A DNA stretch of 60,968 nt from the NCBI GenBank assembly GCA_043820105.1, contig JBDREC010000006.1, positions 1-60,968 of the forward strand, written 5' to 3'. The stretch is from Pseudomonadota bacterium (GTDB lineage Bacteria > Bdellovibrionota_F > JAHFAK01 > JBDREC01). The notes under the pieces were generated by a model. That model saw nothing but the letters and a program-made list of their open reading frames with translations. It made no database searches and was not told where the DNA came from. Of this stretch, positions 1-9,259 are shown piece after piece. Numbering within the stretch: the stretch's first letter is position 1; each line of letters begins with the position of its first letter. The position numbers and the translations under genes are program-made.

Positions 1-82
1 GAGGAATAGACAGATCTTGCTTTTCAATAGATAATATTGGATGGATTAAAATAAAATTAAAGGCTTTTCTCTTAGCTGTCAT
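1..82 (-). CDS. 5' part of a gene running off the left edge; N-terminus resembles B12-binding radical SAM proteins
   Basis: Manual translation from ATG at 82: MTAKRKAFNFILIHPILSIEKQDLSIP..., open to the edge. The pattern hhLIxP-x(n)-P resembles the start of cobalamin-binding domains, but only 27 codons are visible. Confidence 0.3.
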   Translation of the reverse strand, partial: MTAKRKAFNFILIHPILSIEKQDLSIP

Positions 83-103
83 ACTTTTATTTAATATATT
101 ATT

Positions 104-196
104 TTAACAAACTCGGGTAATCTTAAATGTCTTTTTCTTAACTGGCACTGAGGGTAGCTTATTTATATATATGTTTACTTTACACTTTTGTTTCAT
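104..196 (-). CDS. putative 30-aa basic peptide
   Basis: ATG at 196 preceded by GGGAG; translates MKQKCKVNIYINKLPSVPVKKKTFKITRVC*. Below the ORF-track cutoff. Confidence 0.3.
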   Translation of the reverse strand: MKQKCKVNIYINKLPSVPVKKKTFKITRVC

Positions 197-774
197 AAAT
201 TTCTCCCATTTTAATTAAAAATTATATATTAAATTTCTCGAACCTAGAGGATTGTATTTTGAAAATAAAAGCGCAAGAGAAGTATCATAAAATAATTCAA
301 TATGATTTGAATGAATTAAAAAAAGTTTCATAATAATTAATCCCAAGCAAATTATTTTAAATTTGTTAGCACAAGAAATTGATGTTGTCAAACATATTGC
401 GCTGTGCCAAGATTTGAAAATTGCAAGGCGGACTTCTTTTCATTTTTTCATTTTTATCAAACAACTTTCTTGCTTCATCATGATCAACTATTCTCTATCG
501 CCAAACTGATAATTTTTGATAACTAAAACCTGCGTTTTCTAAATCAAGCTCTAATGTAATTTTCCAGTCTAATCTAAATATTATATTTTGAATCGTTTAC
601 CGCTCCAGAAGTTTCTCCAGAAACTTTAATGTTGTTATCTTTGAGATGCCGAAAGAAAACAGCAACAATGTTATTCAGCTCAGAGATTCAGCTTTGTAAA
701 GTGGGTCTTTAGTGGGTCTAAAAATAAGTTGCATTTCAATTTTAATTTAGATAACTAATCAAAATCATTAAGCT

Positions 775-863
775 GGAGAGGTGACCGAGTTGGCCGAAGG
801 TGCACGACTGGAAATCGTGTGTACGTCACAAGCGTACCAGGGGTTCGAATCCCCTCTTCTCCG
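775..863 (+). tRNA. tRNA-Ser(GGA)
   Basis: GGAGAGG/CTTCTCC acceptor stem, CACGA-ctGGAaa-TCGTG anticodon arm, long variable arm, GTTCGAATCC T-loop; CCA not encoded. Confidence 0.96.
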
Positions 864-1165
864 TTCGTGCTAATGATCTTCTAAACGAAGATCATTTACG
901 GGCAAAGTGAATTTGCCCTGCACTATAAGTCAAGGGGAGTAACTCCCCTTAACACTACGGAACATATAACAACCCAACTTCCCTACCGGAGGGACAAGCC
1001 TACTCAGTAGGCGCAGTCAATCCCCATCACTGGGGTTTAATACCTTTAAAACATTTGAAAGATATGAACTGAATGTACTTGTTTGGGGTTTGGCTGCGGA
1101 ATATATAACAGCGAACTTCCCTACCGCAGCGGTAAACTCCGTGCTATTATTTTGACTTGTAAATT

Positions 1166-1525
1166 TTAATGATTAGGCAAATATTGAGCTAACTTTTTAT
1201 ATCTTTTCTTCTTAGCTTCATTTGTACACTTTTTAATTTTTTTATTAAGTATATTATCAATATTTTTTTTGTATTCTGTTTTTTTAATACGTTTTGCATA
1301 TTTAATAAATTCTATGCAATCCTGGTAATCTGACTCAGTAAAGCGTTCTAGTTTTAGTTCAATAAACAGATTAACATTTGGTCTGTATACAGATGATTTC
1401 TTGCCTTTTTTTAATAACACTAATTTATTTTTATAATCTTTTATTTTATTTAAATAATAAATGCCCACAAAATTTAGGGTTTCTGGTTCTAGGCCAAAAT
1501 CAGCAATAAGATCAAATAATTTCAA
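1166..1525 (-). CDS. hypothetical Lys-rich protein
   Basis: 119-aa ORF with TTG start; no recognisable motif. Confidence 0.4.
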   Translation of the reverse strand: MKLFDLIADFGLEPETLNFVGIYYLNKIKDYKNKLVLLKKGKKSSVYRPNVNLFIELKLERFTESDYQDCIEFIKYAKRIKKTEYKKNIDNILNKKIKKCTNEAKKKRYKKLAQYLPNH

Positions 1526-1578
1526 ATGTTCATTTGTTTTTTTCTCTGATATTATGTTGTCAAAACTTATAAATGCTA

Positions 1579-2715
1579 TTACAAATTGTTATTTGCTGCT
1601 AGGAATGCCTGATAGTCTTCAATAATTTTTTCAATATCTTCCTGTCTTAATGACTCTTCACCTTGTTCTTGTCTTTTTTGCTGCCTGCTTTGGTTTGGAG
1701 CGCGTGGCTGCAGGCTATGCCTAAGTTCTTGTGTTTGCATTCGTTGCACATGGTCAATGTTTCTATTTAGAATTTCAAAGCCATTTTCTATGCCATAGTA
1801 CCCAAATTGATTAATAAATTCCTGAAAGATAAAATCATTGTTTCCTTCATAGGTGGAACTTCCAAAATAACCATAAAATTTTATCAAACGCAAAAGTGCC
1901 CTGTCTACATTGACCCTCTTTCTTCCAATATCCACACAAACAGCTCTTAAGCTGTGTCCCTGACCAGAAAAAACAAAATTTTTCTCATGAATATCAGTTG
2001 GTATTTGGCCGCCAAAGATAACTGACATTTCAAGAAGGTTTTCAATAATCAAAGCTCGATGTTGCTGAGTAAATATTCCTAGATCTTTTAATTCTCGCGC
2101 TGTAGGCCCTTCTATATATTCTTCAATAAAATATTTATTGCCTTCAAACTCAAATTCCATTCCAAAACGTGGTGTAAGACCCAAGCCAGAAGCTTCTTTT
2201 AAATCATCAAGTTCCACTTGAGCAATGAATCCAGCCTCCTTTTCTTTTTTGGTTATAATGGCAATTTCAATTAAACCATCTGAGGTAATGTGCTGTTTTA
2301 CCTCTTCCCTTAATTCAAAGCCAACTTTATAAACTATTTTGTTTGAGCCATGACGGAAATATCTTAAACTAATTTTTCCTGTAAAGTCAGCTGCCGTAAA
2401 CTCTTCACCTGTAGTTCTATTTATCAGGTCAACAATTTCAACATCTGATCTGTTTAATATATTTTTAGTAAAAGCTTCAACAGTTTTTAAAGTGCTGAAA
2501 GAAAAATCTGTTTCTGTTTCAAGACTATCAACAAGATTACTTTTATCAATTTCTAAAAAAATACGACCTTCAATAGAGCCTTTGTGTTCGGATCTTAATG
2601 AATGCTCAAATAAATCAAGGCAATTTGCCTTAATGCTAGAATAAAATATTAAACTCATGAAAAAAGCAGATAAGATTATTGAAAAGTACTTAACTTTAAA
2701 CGAAAACAGTTTCAT
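1579..2715 (-). CDS. secreted protein with protein-kinase-like fold
   Basis: N-terminal signal peptide; GSNKIVY loop, IAIITKK lysine, EEYIEGPT hinge, DIHEKN catalytic loop, DIG (DFG-like). Confidence 0.65.
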   Translation of the reverse strand: MKLFSFKVKYFSIILSAFFMSLIFYSSIKANCLDLFEHSLRSEHKGSIEGRIFLEIDKSNLVDSLETETDFSFSTLKTVEAFTKNILNRSDVEIVDLINRTTGEEFTAADFTGKISLRYFRHGSNKIVYKVGFELREEVKQHITSDGLIEIAIITKKEKEAGFIAQVELDDLKEASGLGLTPRFGMEFEFEGNKYFIEEYIEGPTARELKDLGIFTQQHRALIIENLLEMSVIFGGQIPTDIHEKNFVFSGQGHSLRAVCVDIGRKRVNVDRALLRLIKFYGYFGSSTYEGNNDFIFQEFINQFGYYGIENGFEILNRNIDHVQRMQTQELRHSLQPRAPNQSRQQKRQEQGEESLRQEDIEKIIEDYQAFLAANNNL

Positions 2716-2780
2716 AATATTTCCTTAAAACATGTAAATATTAGCAATAATAAGCAAAAACATGTATCTAAATCATAAAT

Positions 2781-2796
2781 AGCAAAATTCATGCCA
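2781..2796 (-). promoter_or_regulatory. sigma54 -24/-12 promoter
   Basis: TGGCATGAATTTTGCT (GG-N10-GC) about 65 nt upstream of the 2715 start. Confidence 0.6.
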
Positions 2797-3116
2797 TCAC
2801 AATAAGTAATTATTATCTTGAGATATTTTCAAGAGTACTTTCGCTTTTTTTTAACAATTTGCAAAATTGCGTCATTTTAAGGCTATATAATACTATAGAA
2901 AGTTTTAAAAATTATATAGCACTTAGAGAGGCAAAGAAAGTTTATGGAGAAAAATATTATTTAATCAGACAGGCACTGATAGAAAGCATGGAAGAAGAAG
3001 CCAGACTATAGGCCAAGAAATACAAGGCCTTGGCCTGTTTTGGCATCAAAGAAGGTTAGAAGAGTTGGATAACTTAATTGAGCAAGAAAAGAAAAAGTAA
3101 TTTACTCGAAGGAAAA

Positions 3117-3368
3117 TTATACGTCATCACCACCGCTAACACAATAGTTAGATGGAGAACTTCCTTCAGAACAAGCGCCCTCAATATCTCCAGCGCCTGT
3201 ACTACACGATAGAGAAGCCCCACTTCCGTTATGACATTCTCCTTGAGTATCTCCAGTTCCATTGACACAATCTTCAATACCGCTTGCGGATTCGCCAGCT
3301 GCACATGATGCTTTGTAATGTTTTTTAAAACTCTCTAATTTTGGAATATTATATTTAATTTTTTCCAA
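3117..3368 (-). CDS. CxxG-repeat Cys-rich peptide, putative RiPP precursor (1)
   Basis: Leader KYNIPKL; all six Cys are in CxxG, spaced 10-12 aa; Gly/Ser-rich acidic core; AAGGT upstream of TTG. Confidence 0.8.
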   Translation of the reverse strand: MEKIKYNIPKLESFKKHYKASCAAGESASGIEDCVNGTGDTQGECHNGSGASLSCSTGAGDIEGACSEGSSPSNYCVSGGDDV

Positions 3369-3617
3369 TTTTTACCTTGCTTTAGGTGATCTTTATAATT
3401 CTTAGAAACAACTATTCATATAAAAGTCAATGTTATATTAAAGACTTGTTAAAGTTTATTTGCTATTACATATTACATTAAGCATTGAAATAAACATTGA
3501 TAATATATTTCACTTTATTTTAATATCCCAATTCCTAGCAAAATAATCTTTAGAGCAGCATATTAACAACTTTTTCGGAATAGTATTTGGAATAATATTT
3601 GAATATAATTTATCTAC

Positions 3618-3944
3618 TTATAAGGTTGAAGCTCCACTCCCTGTGGTACAAAGTGAGTTTGTATAGCCACCTCCTCCTTCAGCACATGAAGATCCATCAG
3701 GTCCAACTGCTGTATCGCCTACACCACATGCAGGTGCAGAACCTGAGTTGTATGCGTAGGTTCCCGTTCGGCATGGGCTACTATAACTATTGTCAGCAGC
3801 ATTCACACCATCTACGCATCCTCCGTAGTTGTAGGTTGCCCCCTCATGGCAGTTCCAAACTGTTGATTCAGCTGAACCATTGCTGCATAAATTGCTAGCC
3901 CTTTTATCATTTAAGTAATGCAATCCGGGTTTAGTATAATGCAT
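3618..3944 (-). CDS. CxxG-repeat Cys-rich peptide, putative RiPP precursor (2)
   Basis: AAGGAG RBS; leader HYTKPGL; all seven Cys are in CxxG. Confidence 0.82.
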   Translation of the reverse strand: MHYTKPGLHYLNDKRASNLCSNGSAESTVWNCHEGATYNYGGCVDGVNAADNSYSSPCRTGTYAYNSGSAPACGVGDTAVGPDGSSCAEGGGGYTNSLCTTGSGASTL

Positions 3945-4110
3945 TTAAGCTCCTTAACTTGTTTATAATGTTGAATCCAGGAAGTATAATAAATATTAAC
4001 GTATTAATTTTCTATTTATCTATCAGAAAAAATAAAAAGATCAGGTTGAATATGTTTCAAATCAACTAAATAACTTAAAAATTCTGCACATTTACTCTTG
4101 TTCTTAAAAC

Positions 4111-4626
4111 CTAATTTTTTATATATGAATGAACAATTTCACCATAATAAATTCTATGAAAATCACCTTCTGGATAGTATTTTGAAATGATATTTGACTC
4201 TAGCTCAGGTTTTAAAACGTCATTTTTATGAACAGTCTTACATTCATAAAAGATCTGGCAGCCTTTGATAATTGAAGTGTTTTCAAGTCGTCCTTTTTCC
4301 ATTTCAAAGTTACACTCTTTGACTTTATCAAAATCTCTACCTGATTTTGTTCCACAGAAAGCCAGCTCCTCATTTAGCTTATCTTCTCCTGGAACACAAA
4401 CAGTGAAATTCTCATTTTTTTCTATTAATGAGAAAGTATGTCTTGAAGGCCGGACCAATACTGTCATAATCGGCTTATACCAAATGGTTCCAATTGTAGC
4501 CCAACCAATTGTCATTGGATTTGGCTTTCCATCAGGATCATTAACTACTAAAAACAAGCCACCTTTATTCAAAGCACAGCAAAACTTATCAAAATAATCA
4601 TAATAATTAAAATCATTAAACTTCAT
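4111..4626 (-). CDS. flavin reductase family protein
   Basis: PNPMTIGW, VRPSRHT, FCGTKSGRDFDK and HRIYYGEI motifs. Confidence 0.88.
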   Translation of the reverse strand: MKFNDFNYYDYFDKFCCALNKGGLFLVVNDPDGKPNPMTIGWATIGTIWYKPIMTVLVRPSRHTFSLIEKNENFTVCVPGEDKLNEELAFCGTKSGRDFDKVKECNFEMEKGRLENTSIIKGCQIFYECKTVHKNDVLKPELESNIISKYYPEGDFHRIYYGEIVHSYIKN

Positions 4627-4939
4627 TTAACACCTGTAACTATTGTTTTCATGGTTTTATTCTTTAGTAAAAACTATTAAAAACTGCAAGTTTTAAGAAA
4701 AATGAACATAGATTCAGTTTCATTATAGGCATTTTGTTCTTGATCCAAAACTTGTCTGTGCTGCTCTTAAATTAGAAGGTTCTGATGTTTTAGCTGATAA
4801 AATATGGCTTTTGAAAAAATATAAATTCTTTTCAATAAAAGAGTTTAGCCAAGTTGCTGCTTGCCTGAAAAATGTAGAATAATAAAAATGTGACGTCCAT
4901 AATTAATTCAAAATTAAAAATTCATAATTTATAAAATAT

Positions 4940-5464
4940 TTAATTATTTATTAAAGCCATCACTAAATCGTGTTGTTTTTTATTCAAGGTTTTTACATCA
5001 TTAAAACGATTTTGAAGGGTTTTTTTATTAACAATTTTCAAGACTTTTAAAGCCCTGCAAAATTCTTTATCTTTTTTCCTATTAGCAATAGCCTTAGAAA
5101 TCCATAAATCATGAACTTCTAGACAAAGTGCTGTGATTCCTTGGGTTTGTGGAGAAGAAAAAGGAATAAGCCTAGCTTTCCAGCCAGATGGTAAAATTGC
5201 TGTTTTAGGGGTAACTCCCTGAGCATAATAGCCATATGTCTCTTGAAACATTGACAGCTCTCCAATTGATCCATCAATGAGGTCAGCTTTGGATCCGTCA
5301 TCATCATCAAGAGCTGAAATATCAACCTCAATAGACCGGTTAACTTCAGGTATCTCAAAGTCTATTGAAGCATGAATTGCCTGACTCCCAATTATCAAAA
5401 GCTTGTCTGTGCCTAGAATTGCTCCAGCAGCTCTGATAGTGTGCTCAAATTCATGTTTTTTCAT
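4940..5464 (-). CDS. nucleotidyltransferase-like protein (DUF6036-like), putative toxin partner
   Basis: IIGSQA, SIEVDI, DGSIGELS, SK-x3-R-x-KD motifs; 4-bp overlap with the upstream HTH gene. Confidence 0.65.
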   Translation of the reverse strand: MKKHEFEHTIRAAGAILGTDKLLIIGSQAIHASIDFEIPEVNRSIEVDISALDDDDGSKADLIDGSIGELSMFQETYGYYAQGVTPKTAILPSGWKARLIPFSSPQTQGITALCLEVHDLWISKAIANRKKDKEFCRALKVLKIVNKKTLQNRFNDVKTLNKKQHDLVMALINN

Positions 5465-5982
5465 AAAGAATAATTTCTCCTAAATTCTTTTAATAACTTA
5501 GTTCTTTCCTTAGGACTCAGAATTCCCGCAAATGGTGAAACATGTCTCATTTCTCTTGATTCTTGATTTGGATTCAAAATATTTGAAATAAGACTTTCTA
5601 GTGGTAAATTAAGCCATTTGCTCCAATTGCCTAATAGGTCTTTTGCATGTGGATGTTTTAGCTTCAATTTTATTAATGTTTTTTTTGCTTTTTTTCTAAT
5701 TTGATCAGGTCTATCCTTTAATTTATTTACAATCGCATAATGATAAGCTAGACTTCTTTTGTCTTCTCTTGTCATTTTTGGAATAAACGTCACATGAATA
5801 TCAAATCCCAAAGAGTTAGCTAATTTATTTAAGGTGCTTAGACTTGGTGATTTAGATCCAGCTTCATACATTGCGATCGTGGGTTGTGAGGTTTTAGCTA
5901 CTAATGCAAGATTTTTTTGAGTAATTCCAGCCTTTAACCTTAACTTTTTAATTGCATTCAACATAAAATCAATTATATCCAA
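5461..5982 (-). CDS. XRE-family HTH protein, putative antitoxin (alternative start 5964)
   Basis: LRLKAGITQKNLA...QPTIAMYEAG...PSLSTL HTH_3 pattern; C-terminal SPFAGIL. Confidence 0.8.
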   Translation of the reverse strand: MDIIDFMLNAIKKLRLKAGITQKNLALVAKTSQPTIAMYEAGSKSPSLSTLNKLANSLGFDIHVTFIPKMTREDKRSLAYHYAIVNKLKDRPDQIRKKAKKTLIKLKLKHPHAKDLLGNWSKWLNLPLESLISNILNPNQESREMRHVSPFAGILSPKERTKLLKEFRRNYSL

Positions 5983-6010
5983 TCAGATATAATTAGTCAA
6001 GGCAATAATT

Positions 6011-6047
6011 AATTCAAAATTCAAAATTCAAAATTTTAAATTCTAAA
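6011..6047. repeat. heptamer tandem repeat (AATTCAA)n
   Basis: aattcaa aattcaa aattcaa aatttta aattcta. Confidence 0.75.
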
Positions 6048-6053
6048 ACAACC

Positions 6054-6908
6054 TTAACTTATCAAAGAAAGTATAGACTCTTCATCTAACTTGAACTCTT
6101 TATAAAGCTCTTCTTTATCTCTAGTTGAATATGTAAAAGAATTAACACCATGTCGACTTATTTTAATTGGCAAATTGTTTTTATTAATAATTTGAGAAAC
6201 CTCATCCCCTAATCCACCTGGCAAAACACTTTCTTCTAAAACAAAAACTTTATTATATTTTCCCAGGTGTTTAATTAAAGAATCTTCATTTATGTAATTT
6301 TGATTTGTTAATGCAAATAATCCAGCATCATTATTTTTTGATTTGATTGTAAAAAACGATTTAGAGGTCATGTTTGGTGATTTTTACCGTCAGTTGCATA
6401 GCAAAGGCCAGAATAATTTCCAATATAAATCACTGGTGTTTTTTCAGTTGCATTTACATAGATTTGTTCAAAACATCTTCTAAAAAAGCTTGCATATGTT
6501 GTAACAATTGGAACATATCCATTTAAGGCCAAACCACCTGCAATTGATGTCATGTCTTGCTCTGCAATACCAATTTGCAAAAACTGCTTTGGCAAATGAC
6601 TTTCAAACTTATCTAAGTCTAAAGATTTTGACAAGTCAGCATCTAAAACAATTAGCCTCTCATTTTTTTAGTATAATTTAAAAGAGCCTCTGCAAAAACC
6701 TTTCTTGTTGAAAAGATTTTACTTTCTTTTTTCCTAAATCCATATGCTCATGATATAAAAAGCTTACTATATCACTGCATGAAAATGTTGCTCCTATCCA
6801 ACCATGGTTTGCTGACATAATGCAGGCAAGAGCATTTACTCTGTTTATATAGGATTGTTTTTCTATGTCAGCACAAGTTTTTTTTATTAAAAAAGGAATC
6901 TGTATCAT
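6054..6908 (-). pseudogene. fragmented transketolase-family gene
   Basis: Three short ORFs in order: N-terminus (ANHGWIGATFSCSDIV), pyrimidine-binding part (GIAEQDM, TTYASF), C-terminal domain (VLEE...GGLG). Most of the TPP-binding domain is missing. Confidence 0.75.
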
Positions 6909-7912
6909 ATTTCTTTTGCTACCTTTCTTCCAATTAACAAGTTTCCACCTGCTTTTGTATCTTTTCTATGAATGTTTTTTAACCCTGCTTTTCCCATCCA
7001 AGATGCGATTTCTTTTTCTGTATAACAATCACCTTCTTCGGTTGCCACAATCATATTTAAGGCAAACACGCTAGCTTTTGTTGGTTGTGTTCTATCATCA
7101 CTAATGAAAAAATCTTGGATCACAAGCTGGCCATTTTCGTTTAAAGCCTCATAGGCTTTTTTTACAAGAATCTCATTTTGTTTTTCAGAATTTATGTGAA
7201 TGATTGCAGACATGAAAATAAGATCATAGTCCAGGCCAAAATCATCTTCATTATAATTTCCATCAAGTGTTAAAATCTTTTTTTCTAAACCGGCTTTTTC
7301 AGCATATCCCTTAGTTAAACAAGTAACATCAGGCAGGTCAAAAATAAATGCTTTTGCTTCATTATTTTCAATGCGATTAATAAACTCAAAGGAATAAGCA
7401 CCAGAGCCTCCACCCACATCTAAAATTTTATTTACATTTGATAAATCAAGACAATCAGCAACGTGAGGAGCTTGCAAACTTGCTCTATCATGCATGGCTT
7501 CAATAAAACTTTCAAACCATTCTTTTGATCTTTCAAATTTTTCTCTATTATAAATGGTTCCACCGGCTTTTATTGCACCTGTTAAAGTGGTCCAAGAGTC
7601 CCACATATTTATGACATGCTTACCAAAGCTTATAAATTCAGGACTTGTCTTTAATAAAAATTTCTTTCCAGATTCTGTATTTGAAAAAAATCCATCTTCT
7701 TTCTTCAATATTTCAAATGAAACCAAGGCATTCATTAGCCGATCAAGGGCTCGATGATCAACAGCAATTTCTTTTGCAATTTCTTTTGATGTCCTTTGCT
7801 CTTCTCCTAAAACAAAAAAAACATCCAGCTCTAAAGAGGTCAAAAATATCCTGGTTTTTTGAAACCCCTTAGCAATATTCATAAAATCATCACGGCTATA
7901 TTCCATTTTCAC
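6905..7912 (-). CDS. SAM-dependent O-methyltransferase with dimerisation domain
   Basis: LDVGGGSG motif I, FDLP, IIH, LNMIV...G; N-terminal winged-helix dimerisation region. Confidence 0.9.
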   Translation of the reverse strand: MKMEYSRDDFMNIAKGFQKTRIFLTSLELDVFFVLGEEQRTSKEIAKEIAVDHRALDRLMNALVSFEILKKEDGFFSNTESGKKFLLKTSPEFISFGKHVINMWDSWTTLTGAIKAGGTIYNREKFERSKEWFESFIEAMHDRASLQAPHVADCLDLSNVNKILDVGGGSGAYSFEFINRIENNEAKAFIFDLPDVTCLTKGYAEKAGLEKKILTLDGNYNEDDFGLDYDLIFMSAIIHINSEKQNEILVKKAYEALNENGQLVIQDFFISDDRTQPTKASVFALNMIVATEEGDCYTEKEIASWMGKAGLKNIHRKDTKAGGNLLIGRKVAKEI

Positions 7913-7919
7913 CTCTTAT

Positions 7920-7955
7920 AATCTCAATCTTAATCTCAATCCTAATCCTAATCTT
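7920..7955. repeat. hexamer tandem repeat (AATCYY)x6
   Basis: aatctc aatctt aatctc aatcct aatcct aatctt. Confidence 0.7.
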
Positions 7956-8006
7956 TTTCGTTGGCAATATGAAAATTTAAAATTTAGTCAGGCACCAGAT
8001 AAATCA

Positions 8007-8849
8007 TTAAAACTTAAAGCTAACTTTTCCTGAAAAGGAGTTTTGATCAAATATTTTATCATACTCTCCTGTAAGAGCTACCATAGCAAAACAGAACTGT
8101 AAGCCAGCGAAAAAGTGAAGATCTGTTCCAGATTCTGTAATAGTTGAAATCACAGGCGTTGAAGATATACTAGCAGCAACTAATGCATCAGCTTCTCCAT
8201 TTCTTGATAAGAATCCGATACCTGTATATGGTTCAATTGATATAGGCCCAGCAGGAGGAAATTTTCCAGATAAAGACAGGTTGAATCCCCAAGTAGTTCC
8301 ACTTATTTTTGAATCATAAGATCCACTTGCTGACACTCCTGAAATTGAAGCAGAGGTTGTTTGTTCAACACCTAAATTAAAATTTGAAAAGGTAAAACGA
8401 GGTGCCAAATTTAAAAATGGAACATAACCCATTATTGGAATCATATCCAAAAGCTTTTTAGCTGACCAAAAAACATTTCCACCGAAATTATAAAAACCAA
8501 TGCCTGCAACTGTTGGCAAATAAAAGCCTTGAAGTTCAAGACCAACATCAATTACTGGAATTCCAAAAGCTGCATAAAGTTGGGGAGCAGGTAAAAAGCC
8601 TGGCAAGCTCTCTCCACCTGGCAAAGCCTTAAAAATGGTAGACTCAGTTGCATTTGTTGCAACACCAATTTCAAAGCCAAAAACCTTGCCTTTTGAAGAG
8701 GCTCCATTTAATGGACGCATAGCAAAGGTTGCGTTTGCCCCTTTTAAAATGCTTTCAGCCTGGGATGTTGTGAAAGATTGAAATTCAACTGCCTGAAGTG
8801 TAAATGAAAAAGCAAAAACAAGCGCAAATACAATAAATTTCCTAATCAT
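8007..8849 (-). CDS. outer-membrane beta-barrel protein (DUF6588-like)
   Basis: Signal peptide, alternating beta-strand pattern, terminal SFKF; AAGGAG RBS. Confidence 0.7.
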   Translation of the reverse strand: MIRKFIVFALVFAFSFTLQAVEFQSFTTSQAESILKGANATFAMRPLNGASSKGKVFGFEIGVATNATESTIFKALPGGESLPGFLPAPQLYAAFGIPVIDVGLELQGFYLPTVAGIGFYNFGGNVFWSAKKLLDMIPIMGYVPFLNLAPRFTFSNFNLGVEQTTSASISGVSASGSYDSKISGTTWGFNLSLSGKFPPAGPISIEPYTGIGFLSRNGEADALVAASISSTPVISTITESGTDLHFFAGLQFCFAMVALTGEYDKIFDQNSFSGKVSFKF

Positions 8850-9158
8850 AGAAACACTCCTTTAAAAATTTAAAAACATACATTTTTCTATATATTCTTT
8901 TTAATTTTAATCAATTGTTTTTTTATATTTGTCAGAAATTGGGAATTAAGATTATTTGAAATCGTAGAAAAATTATTTTATGGCCGTTCAATTGAATCTT
9001 CACATAAAGTATGATAATTATTTACTTATTAAATTGGCTTTATATTCCTCTGAAAAAGACATTTCATTTGAAATGATGAAACTATCTTCTATTTAATTTA
9101 AATGATGTGGATCTTAACAATAAAGATATAAAAAGCTCAGTTTGAAAAATGACAAATG

Positions 9159-9213
9159 AAGAAATTGATATGGCAATAAAGGCTTCAATGGAAACTAAAA
9201 AATCATAGGAAAA
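9159..9213 (+). repeat. 55-bp copy of pruA internal sequence (10095-10149)
   Basis: Aligned by eye: 51/55 identical; all four differences are A/G transitions, one turning TGG into TAG. Confidence 0.85.
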
Positions 9214-9259
9214 ATGATTCGTAAGTGTACCAATTTTGCGTCCCTTTAGTGTGCCATTT

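Noticed and set aside
399-720. Possible decayed integrase tail (ALCQDLKIARRTSFH; LFSIAKLI) and short direct repeats (CTCCAGAA x2, AGTGGGTCT x2) upstream of tRNA-Ser
   Set aside because: The fragments are short, in different frames and lack the catalytic residues; not supportable without BLASTX.
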